A DNA stretch of 63,722 nucleotides, filler included, from Octopus bimaculoides (GCF_001194135.2; 5 parts of 5 records of this genome joined end to end with filler, not necessarily neighbours in it); one strand, 5' to 3'; shown: positions 48,540-60,693, counted from the whole stretch's first letter. Translations and numbers: made by a program. Notes: generated by a model from the sequence alone, not told the origin.

Positions 48540-48945
48540 AGGCGGTGAGCACACGCCAGGCAAAATGCTTAGCACCATTTCGTCCATCTTTACGTTCTGA
48601 GTTCAAATTCTGCCGAAGTCGACTTTGCCTTTCATTCTCTCAGGATCGATAAAATAAGTACCAGTCGAACACTGAGATCGATGTAATTGAATTACCCTCA
48701 CACCCGAAATTGTTGACCTCGTGCCAACTTGAAACCATTATTATGATAGCTCACTGAGTTCAAATCCTACCGAGGTCAACTTTGCCTTTCATCTCTCCGG
48801 TGCCGATAAAATAAAGCACTAGTCCAAAGATACTGTTGGGGATTTAATCATTGACTAACTCCACCCTCTAAATTTGTAGGCCTTGTGCCAAAATTTGAAA
48901 CTAAAGGCGGCGAGTTAGTAGAGTCGTTACAAATACCAGGCAGTG
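48540..48945 (+). mobile_element. Cluster of 2-3 copies of a second tRNA-derived SINE family; further copies at 59050-59165 and partial ones at about 21530-21600 and 30080-30120
   Basis: Repeated gttctgagttcaaat(t/c)c..ccga(a/g)gt(c/t)gactttgcctttcat...gataaaata...ttgtgccaaaatttgaaac. B box gagttcaaatcc. Confidence 0.82.
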
Positions 48946-48949
48946 GCTC

Positions 48950-49171
48950 TTATGGCGTCTCACCTTAACTAATTGGAAGTGTTATCATGTACATGTTTTG
49001 TCTTGGTATAAAAAGATGGGCTACAGCAAATGTTCTGCTCAATATCACGAACTTGCTTGTCAGTTGCTTGACCTTAACCAGTTGATCATGTCCCTTAGCG
49101 GCTGACGATATGTGCATCTCTGATCACGAGCAGAAGTCATGGGGGAGCATCATAGCCATGGGTTGAGAGGA
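48950..49171 (+). mobile_element. Interspersed repeat, probably a LINE 3' UTR
   Basis: Non-coding sequence resembling an abundant octopus repeat, recalled from memory only. There is no second copy in the window to confirm it. Confidence 0.3.
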
Positions 49172-49486
49172 ANNNNNNNNNNNNNNNNNNNNNNNNNNNN
49201 NNNNNNNNNNNNNNNNNNNNNNNNNNNNNNNNNNNNNNNNNNNNNNNNNNNNNNNNNNNNNNNNNNNNNNNNNNNNNNNNNNNNNNNNNNNNNNNNNNNN
49301 NNNNNNNNNNNNNNNNNNNNNNNNNNNNNNNNNNNNNNNNNNNNNNNNNNNNNNNNNNNNNNNNNNNNNNNNNNNNNNNNNNNNNNNNNNNNNNNNNNNN
49401 NNNNNNNNNNNNNNNNNNNNNNNNNNNNNNNNNNNNNNNNNNNNNNNNNNNNNNNNNNNNNNNNNNNNNNNNNNNNNNNNNNNNNN

Positions 49487-49522
<36 letters not shown>

Positions 49523-49525
<3 letters not shown>

Positions 49526-49917
49526 CCAGATATAGTGTTAATTGAGAAAGAAAGCAAACGACGCTGGATCATAGATATAGCATGCCCAGTTGACAACAAG
49601 GTATGCGATAGGGAAGAAAGAAAAGTCGAAAGATATAACAAGTTAGCTTGTGAGGTTAAGCAGCTGTGGTCGCTGAAAAAGGTGGTAGTAGTACCAATAA
49701 CTGTCGGAGCCCTGGGAACAGTGAGTAAAAATCTTGAGAAGTACATGGAACAAATAGGGGCTGCAATAAGGGTGGAGCACTTGCAGAAAACAGCACTGCT
49801 TGGAACCGCTCGAATACCCCGGATGGTGCTCGAAAAATAAGTGGTGTTACCATAGTTCACTGATAGTGAACAGCTGACACGATAGTACATCTCCAGTGTT
49901 AGAAGCTGTGCAAAGAC
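49523..49917 (+). mobile_element. 5'-truncated R4/Dong-type LINE 3' end flanked by (AAT)n on both sides
   Basis: KPDIVLIEKESKRRWIIDIACPVDNKV..REERKVERYNKLACEVKQLW...VVPITVGALGTVSKNL...LQKTALLGTARI.RMVLEK*, then a 3' UTR ending gaagctgtgcaaagac. Confidence 0.92.
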
Positions 49918-49955
49918 AATATAATAATAATGATGATAATGATAATAATAATAAA

Positions 49956-50481
49956 AGACGAGGAGCACAAGAAGGATGCTGAATGGTAGCAAGAACTGAA
50001 ACAAACAGTAGTCTGTTCAAAACAGACAGAACTAGTCATCTCAGTTATGGAAGTGAAGGAAATCAGCAAAAAAATTAGCAAGTGGAAGTTTAGGGACAGT
50101 AGGAATCAGGTGAATCATCTTCCAAGGGGACTGCCTGTCCCCACTGATCTTTGTACTGTGCTTGATACCACTAACACTGATTCTGAGGAAAGCAAAACCT
50201 GGGTATGTATTCAAAAGCCGCCAACAAAAAGTCAACCATTTGTTATTCATGGATGACCTCAAACTTTATGGTAGAGATGAATCCCAAGTCAATTCTTTCG
50301 TTGATACTGTGTATACTTTCAGTGTTGATATCAGAATGGAGTTCGCACTGAGAAAGTGTGGTGTGTTAGTCTTGAAGAGAGACAAAATCAAAATCGAAAA
50401 ATAAGCGGTGTTACCTTAGTTCACTGGTAGTGAACAGCTGACACCGTAGTACATCTCCAGCGATAGAAGCTGTGCAAAGGC
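49956..50481 (+). mobile_element. Doubly internally deleted R4/Dong-type LINE (RT fragment joined to the 3' end), followed by (AAT)n
   Basis: IFQGDCLSPLIFVLCLIPL...KVNHLLFMDDLKLYG...KCGVLVLKR is joined directly to tcgaaaaataag and a 3' UTR near-identical to 49828-49917. Confidence 0.9.
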
Positions 50482-50517
<36 letters not shown>

Positions 50518-50639
50518 TGGAGGAAACAGGCCCAACTTATGGGTAGTTAGAGCTCTGCAGTCTTGGTTGATAATCTTACTAGAGATGGTATCTTGATAAA
50601 ATACCGGTTGGTGACTAACTTTAAAACACATACCTTAAT

Positions 50640-51290
50640 GTTGAGTGAAAATGTCTAATACAAATGTATCAAATAATGGTGTTAATGAGGCTGGAACCAA
50701 AGGTGAAAGCCTTTCGCCCGGCAGGTGCCCTGTGGTTGAGCAGCGCAGGCCCGGTCGTCATCCAGAGACTGCTTGTACACAAAGCCAGAAGTAGAGAAGA
50801 AGGTGGGATAAAGTGGCAAACCGAACAGTAATTGAATGCTGGATCAAGAGTGATTAGAGTGCCCAGTAGAACTGTTACAAATGGCGTCGGGGTGCTGTTT
50901 CGGAAAGGCCTTGACTTGAAAGTGAGTACAGTTTTCCTAGACCCGGTCGGTAGGATGGTGGTCTTGGATGTAAGCAGCAAAGAAGGCAATGACGGAACCT
51001 TCAGACAAGTGGCAGTCTATGCAGCAATTGGAGCCGGACGGTCGGATTTCTTTAGACGTCTAGAGACTTTCCTAGGAACATCTCGCTCACTAGTGTTAGT
51101 GGGCGATTGGAATGGGATCTTAGGCACAAGCAAAGATTATGTGCGAGTAGCAGATAGTGGGATGGTGCAAAAGCCTCGCTAAGCTTCTCAGGCATTTCCA
51201 GGTGTATGACAAGCTTCGCCTTGATTTCCCAAATACACCACTAGGGACTTAGTTAAATTGCAGTGAGTTATCCATGTTATTCGTAGGTAG
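50640..51290 (+). mobile_element. L1/Tx1-type LINE APE endonuclease fragment
   Basis: GVGVLFRKGL...DPVGRMVVLDV...VAVYA...RSDFFRRLETFL...LVLVGDWNGIL. Confidence 0.7.
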
Positions 51291-51295
51291 GTTTT

Positions 51296-51357
<62 letters not shown>

Positions 51358-52921
51358 TAATAACAACGACAACAACAACAACGACACATTAGGATTAGTT
51401 ATCTGAGTCGTCGATACTACTCCCATTCAATGAATTCTTCGTATTAAAAAGAAAAGTAATCTGATTTTAATGTTAAACAAAAATGCAGTTGTCAGGAAAA
51501 TGACATGACGAAATCTTAAGTCTCATTCCCTCAGTTTAAATAATAATATTGATGTTATATGTTAGATGTAGAAAAAAAATTTTAATGAGAAACAATAAGA
51601 TACGTTGTCATTCAGTGTAATTGGAAAGAAAATATTTATCGACCATTGGTTTTGTTTAAAATGACATTAATTCATAACACATCTACATTGGTACATTCCT
51701 TTTTATTTTATTATTTTTTTGTAGTAATAATAAATATTATTAAGTATGGAAGTATTTCACTGACCATTAAAAAGCTAATTGGGTTGCTACTTTAGCGTGC
51801 GGTCTACTGCAGTATCCATAGTCTACGCTGTGAAATAACCTGATATGTCAACCGAAACCCCAGCTGGTTTTGTGACCTTTCATGGCTGAATTTATTACCT
51901 GTTCTTGTATGCTTTTTTTTTTTTAACCTTTTCTTACCTGAGCACGCCTGACAATGCTGGCCTTTATTTTTATTTGCCAGTTTGATTTGAATGCACCTGT
52001 CTCTGCAGTGTGTGCAGTTTACGCTGAGAAATGACCGCTAGAACAAACAACAGTTGCGATGCCAAAACAAGGATTTTAAAGAAGTTGGGAGGCGTAAGTG
52101 GTGGTGCCTTGATCACATTTGCTGGAAAATACTGAAAATAGATGCTGCAGATTTGTTTGCTTTGGCATTCCTAAATGATATACAAAGTGTATAGCATTGG
52201 CTGATTTAAATGTAAATTATTTGTATCAGTTATGTAATATAAATGAATTCCATCATACTGTTGACCATTGACGATGATCATTTAGCACATTTTCGAGGAT
52301 TATGATTTGTATGATTAAGTGTATATCATAAATGATAAATCACTATTCAGCATTATTCAACACATTTTAATCATTGTACAGTATAAAGTTCTTGTAGAGA
52401 TTGTTGACTGCACAGTAAAGTATAAATGTGCAGTTAAACCGGTCGCTAATGTAAAATTAGAGATAGACCGTACAAACCTGTGGAAACCCCATAAATGATA
52501 AGATGCACATGCACATACATCCAGAGAACGCATGCTGAATGCATTCGTATAAATTCATATACATTTATAGATATGGGTACGCATGTTTTCATATAAAGTA
52601 ATTACCTGCTAATACTTTGCATGTACCACGTCCTCGCGTTGTCTTTTTTTTCTTGTTTTTTCTTCGTTTTTTTTTTGGGTGGGTGGGGATTAACTATAGT
52701 TCACCTCTCAACCACCAAGGCCGTGCTCGATCTCGCTGTATTGCATTTCAATCCGCGGGACGAAGATTGACAGAAATTGTATTGAAACTTGTCGGATGGT
52801 TTGAAGCTGTAATCCAGAAGCTAAAGCCTTGTCACACGTTGTGTCATACTGCTAACTCACTGGAAATTTATTAATGGAACTAAATGTCAAGAATACGTTC
52901 AACATTTATATTTTGTTTTTA

Positions 52922-53275
52922 TCTTTTACTTGTTTCAGTCATTTGACTGCGGCCATGCCTTGAAGAATTTTAGTCGACCCCAGTACTTATTTTTTGTGAA
53001 GCTTGGTACTTTTTCTATCGGTCTTTTTCTTGCCAAACCGCTAAGTTACGAGGACGTAAACACCAGCACCGGTTGTCAAACGGTGGTGGAAGAAAAACAC
53101 ATACACAAAGACACGACGGTCTTCTTTCAGTTTCCGTCTACGAAATCCACTCACATGGCCTTAGTCAGCCCGAGGCTATAGTAGAGGACATTTTCTCAAG
53201 TTGTCATGGAGTGGGACTGAACCCGAAACCATATCGTTGGGAAGCAATCTTCTTTCCACATAATCACACGTGCAC
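52922..53275 (-). mobile_element. Near-complete octopus-type tRNA-derived SINE
   Basis: The head (B box ggttcagtccc), the gtggatttcgtagacggaaactgaaagaag body and the tail stem-loop cagtc-attt-gactg (52936-52949) are all present. Confidence 0.88.
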
Positions 53276-53739
53276 TCATAGGAATATTCAATTTTGAAAC
53301 CGTAGTTCTATCACTGTTAAAGCGAGCGCTCAATCACTGAAACACAATAGAAACAACCCACCTATTTCAGTCAAAGATATTGTATATAAAGAAAAGATAA
53401 ATGTTGTGTCAAGTTGTTAGTCTTGTCTAAGATCGATAGCTATATTTTGTAGAACAGAGAGATTTGGAATATATATTAGTGAATCTTCGAGGTGTTTGTA
53501 TTGGAGATGTGTTTTTTTCTTCTTTTTTTTAAGCAAGCTCAGGAGACATACTTTTCTATTACCATATCACAGCTGCTTTAAATTTAGTCATTAACTTCAA
53601 AAGGAAATTTAACTACATCACACGTACACGCACACGCTGATAAGTAGAGAGAGAAAGAGAAAGAGAGAGAGGGAGGGGGATGGGAGAGAGAGAAAGAAAG
53701 GAGGAAGAAAGACAGACAGACACAGAGATAAACAGACAC

Positions 53740-53741
<2 letters not shown>

Positions 53742-53780
<39 letters not shown>

Positions 53781-53830
53781 CAGATACATACATACATACA
53801 TACATACATACATACATACATACATGCATA
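53742..53830. repeat. Compound (GATA)n/(CATA)n microsatellite
   Basis: Direct reading of the sequence. Confidence 0.95.
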
Positions 53831-54552
53831 CATACTTTGAAAGATAGAGATACTTATGTGAGTATACATATATAGATAAGCACACACGCATACATACATA
53901 TACATACAAGCATTCATATACATATATGCGTATGCATACACATATACATACACATATATTGGCTAACATTTATTCATAAGTATACTGATATATACGCATG
54001 AACACACACACACACACACGCAAGCATGCACACACACACACACACACAGAGGTATACCACCCATCTGCTACACCTATATATGTACACGTAAATTTCTTAT
54101 CAGAACAAAACATATATGTTAATCAATGCATATATTAGTCATGCTTTATTCACTCATTCATCCCCTCCAATCGTTTGTATATTTTCACCTCTTCATCTAG
54201 TCAAGAGCTTATTAGATTCTTGAAATATGGGTTGGGAAGATGAGACGTTTTCAGCTTTCAGTTGCGTGTCTTTGTATGTTCCTTATTAAAAAAGGAATGG
54301 AGGAACAACTTTTCTTATTAGCTGTTATGCTTCTTTTGTTTCTGTGTCTGTCTGTGCTGAATATTTTGGCGTGTGAATTTATATGTCTGGAGTTTATGAA
54401 AATATCTATATATGAATATTTGGTGTGTCTGTGTTTTCATTGGAATTACTTTTTGTACGTGTGTGTGCATCTATGTGCTAAGATATCTATTTGAACAATG
54501 TGATTTGTGTATATGTGTATGTGGATTTGTTGTTGCGTGCCTTCTGTACGTA

Positions 54553-54586
<34 letters not shown>

Positions 54587-55299
54587 GTATATCTCCGTGG
54601 ACGGTGCAATGGCAGTTTCTTTGTAATGTACTAAATGTGCAATTATGTCGATGGTGTCTGTTCTTAAATTGGTTTGCAGTCATATCTATATAATCAATGT
54701 TGTTTTAAATAATGTTAGATGCGATTGTCGTTGAATATAAAACTAGTTTTGTTGCAAAGTTTCCGTTCACTGGGCATACTCCTTGACAGTGTCAATTGCA
54801 TTTCCATGTTCTGTTGATTCAAACTAATCATTAATTNNNNNNNNNNNNNNNNNNNNNNNNNNNNNNNNNNNNNNNNNNNNNNNNNNNNNNNNNNNNNNNN
54901 NNNNNNNNNNNNNNNNNNNNNNNNNNNNNNNNNNNNNNNNNNNNNNNNNNNNNNNNNNNNNNNNNNNNNNNNNNNNNNNNNNNNNNNNNNNNNNNNNNNN
55001 NNNNNNNNNNNNNNNNNNNNNNNNNNNNNNNNNNNNNNNNNNNNNNNNNNNNNNNNNNNNNNNNNNNNNNNNNNNNNNNNNNNNNNNNNNNNNNNNNNNN
55101 NNNNNNNNNNNNNNNNNNNNNNNNNNNNNNNNNNNNNNNNNNNNNNNNNNNNNNNNNNNNNNNNNNNNNNNNNNNNNNNNNNNNNNNNNNGTAAAGTAAC
55201 TTATTTTAAGTGAATTAAAGATTTTTCTGCTCATATACAGTAGAGCTGTACAAGCTGGAGAAAAGTTTTACCTATCACCGGTTACATTTATGGAATATA

Positions 55300-56600
55300 T
55301 TAGTTTATATCGCGTAGTCTTTCTTTTGTACTCCCTTTTGTGCCGTGTGCCTATAATATCTAATGTTCTCTTGGAGCCGCTAGATGCCAGTGCATTGTTG
55401 CATATTCGTTTGATGTTTTGTTGAATGACGCTTCGTCATCAGATTGTCGTGATTCATATGCTTAAGTTGTGGGGAAGTTTTATAGGAATACACAATGTCT
55501 GTCTGCATATAAAACCGAGACGCTTGGGTTAATGTATCGTTGGAACTTTTTCGTCGGTAAGATTAAATGTTATATCAAAGAAATTTTGTGTTTTCTGCAT
55601 ACTACTAATCTTCAGATTTAGGTCTTTCCTGAATTAGCCTGCTTGTCGCCCGTTTATATTTTATATTATATATGAAAGAATGAATTTCATTTGGTCACGT
55701 CCCATGAGAGTGTTTTGCTCAGCCTATGAACATTTCAGCCGACCCTCATAATAATAAAAATTATTAATGTTAACAGTGAAAAAATCCGCTTTTTTCGTAA
55801 AAAATTTTGAACCCAGATTTGCATCCCTTAAGCAAATTTCGTTCCCGGGTCGCTGTTTAAAGGTGTTGTATATATTTTTAACTATTTAGTCTTCACCATT
55901 TTGAAAATGTCCATCTCGAAAGGTTTGAGCAGTTTGTTACCAGATGAGTGTCTTCTGATCTTGAGGCCGAATTTTTGGCTCTCTTAGTGTTTCTTCTCCA
56001 TTTGACTTAACTTTGTGCATTCTTTTGATTGAGTCTTCTATGAAATACGTTAAGCATTTGTTAAACATAGCAAAAAGAACAAAAAATTACCTCCATTCTT
56101 TTTTTAAGAAGTAATATACGAAGGTGGCATACTAAACATTACGGGGGAAGTATGTTATGGCAAAAATTGCGGTTGTGAGTGTTGTATTATTGTAGCCTTT
56201 GTATTTTTTATTCTTTCAGTGAACCAATTACGAACGTTCATTTTAATCCGTTGTCATCTTGAAATAATATCGATAATTTTCTACTGAAAGATTGCAACGC
56301 AAACTTAAACAAAAACTACCATATGCATAAGAATATCATGACCGAGAATCGATCATTATTGACTTTTAAACACCACAAATTATGTTTCTTACAAAAATAA
56401 ACTCATTGGAGAATTTTCTTTTCGTGTTTCTTAAATTCTCCGTCTGGATGTTATAAGTTCTGATATTGGTTGCACTTTTGTACCATAGATTAGAGGCTTC
56501 GAAAAGCAATTGCCGTTAAGAGAACAGTTGCCTTGGGTAATTTGCATGTTAGTATGGTAAGGAACTTGTTGAATAAGTTTTTAGAATAACAAGAACTTAC
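55300..56600 (-). mobile_element. Scattered Penelope-like remnants (thumb region about 55300-55600; GIY-YIG start about 56440-56560)
   Basis: Minus strand ..RQSDDEASFNKTS.. and GNCSLNGNCFSKPLIYGTKV resemble PLE motifs. The sequence is very decayed. Confidence 0.4.
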
Positions 56601-56814
56601 AAAATATTTACAACGGGAACAGATTGCATACGTATATGAAACGCTCGTTATTAATTAAAAGCTGCTCTGATATAATATATATAAAAAGCTCACGACACGA
56701 CGGTATCAAATACGAGAATAAATATTTATTTGATAAAAGGATTTGTGATAGCTGTGTTCGTCAAACATCAGACTAACTTTCACAAATCATTTATTAAATA
56801 ATTGATGTTTTTTC

Positions 56815-57060
56815 TCTTATTCTTTTATTTGATTCAGTCATTTGATTGTGGCTATGCTGGAGTACCGCCTTTAGTCGAACAAATCGACCCCAGGACTTAT
56901 TGTTTGTAAGCCTAGTACTTATTTCATCGATCTCTAATTTGCCAAACCGTTAGGTTACGGGGCATAAACGCACCAGCATTGGTTGATCAGTTGTCAAGCG
57001 ATGATGGGGGGGGGGAACAAACACAGACACACAAATACATACACATATATATATATATAT
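56815..57060 (-). mobile_element. Octopus-type SINE 3' part
   Basis: cagtcatttgattgtggctatgctggagtaccgcctttagtcgaacaaatcgaccccaggactt...acaaacacagacac. Confidence 0.85.
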
Positions 57061-57190
57061 ATACGAAAAAAAACAACAACAGACGAGGACNNNNNNNNNN
57101 NNNNNNNNNNNNNNNNNNNNNNNNNNNNNNNNNNTTAATTAATTAANNNNNNNNNNNNNNNNNNNNNNNNNNNNNNNNNNNNNNNNNNNN

Positions 57191-57251
<61 letters not shown>

Positions 57252-57879
57252 ACATGTATTGAGAAGACCTCATTTGTTCGACATTAAGCACCGTACTTCG
57301 AGGTCCATTATTAAAAGCGAATTCTTTCACAAATATGTTAGTATCCTCTTCAACCCATCTTATTAAATTCCTTGGATAAGAACGCGTAGTCTTCCTTGAA
57401 ATATTGCCTTCAAATTTCCTCCAATTCACGGATCTTGCTCATACCTAGAATATTCTTATCGCTCGCAAAGCTCCCAAATATTAAATCTCAACAGCAACAC
57501 AACTGAGCACACTATTTATATCTTTCATTTAAATAAAATATCTTTTATAATTCAATTTTCCATTGTTGCAATAGTAAATAAATTATTACGCTTCAAACTG
57601 TCTCATTCCAGTTGTACCAATTATAAATAGACTGTTAGACGCATTTCTTAACTACCAAAATATTTCTTTATTTCAACAGATCGATCAATATAATTCCTTA
57701 GCTTTTCATTTCACCTTTCTCAGTTCCTGTTGCTATCTCGATAATTAATATGTTATTTTTGCTAAATAGTATGATGACAAGTTTATTATATGCTATCTAA
57801 CAGTCTGTCTGTATGTTTAAAGTTCAATAGTATTTTCAATTTACTACTACTGTCTGCATGCTAAAATTCCATATTTTTA

Positions 57880-57880
57880 C

Positions 57881-57940
<60 letters not shown>
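57880..57940. repeat. (TAT)n microsatellite with no element inserted
   Basis: Direct reading of the sequence. Confidence 0.97.
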
Positions 57941-57942
<2 letters not shown>

Positions 57943-58736
57943 TGAAATGAACATTTGATCATTTGAAATGATCGTGTTAGCCACGCATTGATCTTCTGAT
58001 TAGTTGCAATGATCTTAATAAATATGAAACGACCTTAGGAAAATAAACTGTGAACGAAATTAAGCGAAACATATATGCTAATATGGCGGAAACAGGCTAT
58101 GAAAGGAATAGTTGACAGGTTAAATTCCATCGATCTCCAACAGCAACCTTATATCAAAGATAATATTTAATGAGCAATTAATTTAGAAGAATCATGGCCT
58201 GGAAGTGATTATTCTCTTAGTATAATATCGAAGAGACTTACACCCACAACTAGCTACGTCTTTCTATCCACAACGCATAACAACATATACAAGCTTAAAT
58301 CATTCCATGTCTTTATTTTTCATTCCATCATGTATATATTGTAAAATAATGACGACAAAGGCGACTGCAGAGACGCTAACGAATTGAGTTAATTACTTCC
58401 CTGGCTCCAGAAAGTGTTAGCTTTTGTCATTGGTTCTGTATTAGATTATTCAAAGCCACTGACTTCTAAATAATACATTTCTTAGCTAGGGGATGCCTTT
58501 CACACAATATATTACAATAACTGTTTCCATTTCTACTAATTCGAAAATCTTTTAATTTTGATTCAGTAGATATTTTTATCAAAATTATCCAAGATGTTCA
58601 AACTATATACGTTTTGTCGCATAACTACACTCCTCGTTGACTTAACCATACAGTATAGATTAAGCTCACGTGACGACACAAAAGATTACAATTCAATGAT
58701 TTATGAAATTTCACGCGCGCACACTCATGTAAGTAC

Positions 58737-58767
<31 letters not shown>

Positions 58768-58906
58768 TGTATGTATGTATGTATGTATGCATGTATGTGT
58801 GTGTATATAGTCATATATGTATATATACAGTCGAAATTAGATCAATATGGACAAAACATCAAAAAATAACTTAGGAATGAGAACCCAGGTTCGAAATTTC
58901 CCCAAG

Positions 58907-58950
58907 ACACCTGAAGAAGGCTGGAGGGTATATCAGCCGAAACGTTATGT
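58907..58950 (+). ncRNA. Minimal type I hammerhead-ribozyme-like motif within a PLE-type terminal repeat (about 58860-59000)
   Basis: ACAC CUGAAGA A GGCUG gaggguauau CAGCC GAA ACGU U aUGU: canonical core, perfect 5-bp stem II, palindromic ACGU stem III. The 41929 copy has GUGU, which pairs fully with ACAC. Confidence 0.65.
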
Positions 58951-59169
58951 TGACAACAAGCAAGATGAGGACAAATATCCGTCAAATGTAAATAATATAG
59001 ATAATGGATAAAATTGTGCTATGCATTTTACATTATTACAATTACTTGTTTAGCGCGTTGGACGAAATGCTTAGCGGTATTTCGCCCGTCGCTACGTTCT
59101 GAGTTCAAATTCCACCGAGGTTGACTTTGCCTTTCATCCTTTCGGGGTCGATGAATTAAGCATCAGTAA

Positions 59170-59760
59170 AATGCCATAATCAAAGCCATAATTGAATTTG
59201 ATTGTCATATAACTGTGCGAGAGATTGCAGAGAAGCTAAATGTATCACACACAACAACTGAAAATTACTCAAAATGTCTTGGACTCGTTAAGAGTCCAAG
59301 ACATGTGGGTGCCAGATAAATTGAAAGAGATTCACAACGAATCAATATTTGCGATAGACATCTCAAACGCAATGAAATCGCCCTTATTTTGAAACGAATC
59401 AATAAGATATGGATTGTTTAGAATAACATCAATAGAAATATGGATTGTTTAGAATAACATCAATAGATCAATGGATTGTTTAGAATAACATCAATAGAAA
59501 ACGATTAAGGTCTAAGCGTAGAGAACCAGCACAAACCACGTCGAAAGCTGAACTGCATTAAAAAAAGGCCATGCTATCAATTTGGTGGGATTACAAAGGT
59601 GTTGTGTATTCCGAGCTGCTTCCAAGGAACCAAACGATCAATTCAGATGTTTACTATCAACAACTAATGAAACTGGAGGAAGCAAGTAAAGAAAAACGGC
59701 CAGAATTGGCAAATTGTAAAGGAATTGTGTTCTACCATGACAACGCTAGACCACACATGT
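59170..59760 (+). pseudogene. Mariner transposase remnant
   Basis: ITVREIAEKLNVSHTT; WVP; KAMLSIWWDYKGVVYSELLPRNQTINSDVYYQQL...RPELAN.KGIVFYHDNARPH. The first catalytic TGDEKW motif is deleted and a 31-bp unit is triplicated at 59409-59498. Confidence 0.9.
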
Positions 59761-60584
59761 TAAAAAATTATTGGACGTCGTTTGGCAAGTGATGTCGCCT
59801 GCCAATGCGGTCTTTCCTGCAGGCAGCGGGAAACTTGTTTTAGGACCAGGACAGGGAGGATTAGAAATTGAGAACTTTGAGCTTTTGTAAAATTTTTGAA
59901 TATGATTTGTATTGAACACATGATTTAGAGGGGTTATCTGTCGGCGGGCGCCGGTGCCCCTCCCATTTTTTATTCATTTGTCGTGACCATCCTCATCACA
60001 TTAATGTCTTTGTCCAGCCCGCAGCTACTACTATTCTATGTACTGCCCTTGTGGCAAATTTAAATGAAATAAAGTGATGTCGCATCCACCATATAGCGCT
60101 GACCATGTACCATCTGTATGCGTGTGAATGTTTGTGTGTGTGTGTGTGTGTGTNNNNNNNNNNNNNNNNNNNNNNNNNNNNNNNNNNNNNNNNNNNNNNN
60201 NNNNNNNNNNNNNNNNNNNNNNNNNNNNNNNNNNNNNNNNNNNNNNNNNNNNNNNNNNNNNNNNNNNNNNNNNNNNNNNNNNNNNNNNNNNNNNNNNNNN
60301 NNNNNNNNNNNNNNNNNNNNNNNNNNNNNNNNNNNNNNNNNNNNNNNNNNNNNNNNNNNNNNNNNNNNNNNNNNNNNNTAGATTTCGCCATGATAAATGC
60401 TATTTCAACAGGCTGCACATTGTTATATCCTTATTAGTACAACTATGTGTTATCAATGACAAAATGATATTATACTGACATAAATAAGAGAGAGAAAATT
60501 TGCTTACTAAGACTGTTGTCATTCTTATGGCAGAAACGGTTAATATGACCTTCATTTTTTTTCCGCGCTTTGTTTCCCGAGAGT

Positions 60585-60690
60585 GGAGGCGCAATGGCCC
60601 AGTGGTTAGGGCAGCGGAGTTGTGGTCATAGGATCGCCGTTTCGATTCCCAGACCGGGCGTTGTGAGTGTTTATTGAGCAAAAACACGTA
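60585..60690 (+). mobile_element. tRNA-derived SINE head (third family)
   Basis: A box tggcccagtggttagg and B box gtttcgattcc. It continues into SINE body sequence rather than a CCA or terminator. Confidence 0.65.
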
Positions 60691-60693
60691 GAG

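Noticed and set aside
55420-55446. Minus-strand CUGAUGA within an atgacg-aag-cgtcat hairpin
   Set aside because: There is no GAAA box, and it lies in a PLE coding remnant (SDDEASF).
57139-57440. Minus-strand ORF WRKFEGNISRK... with a ttctag acceptor
   Set aside because: All three frames from the acceptor hit stops early, and the ORF runs into (TA)n and a linker gap.
60585-60660. tRNA-like A/B boxes
   Set aside because: There is no clean cloverleaf or terminator and it continues into repeat body, so it is a SINE head rather than a tRNA gene.
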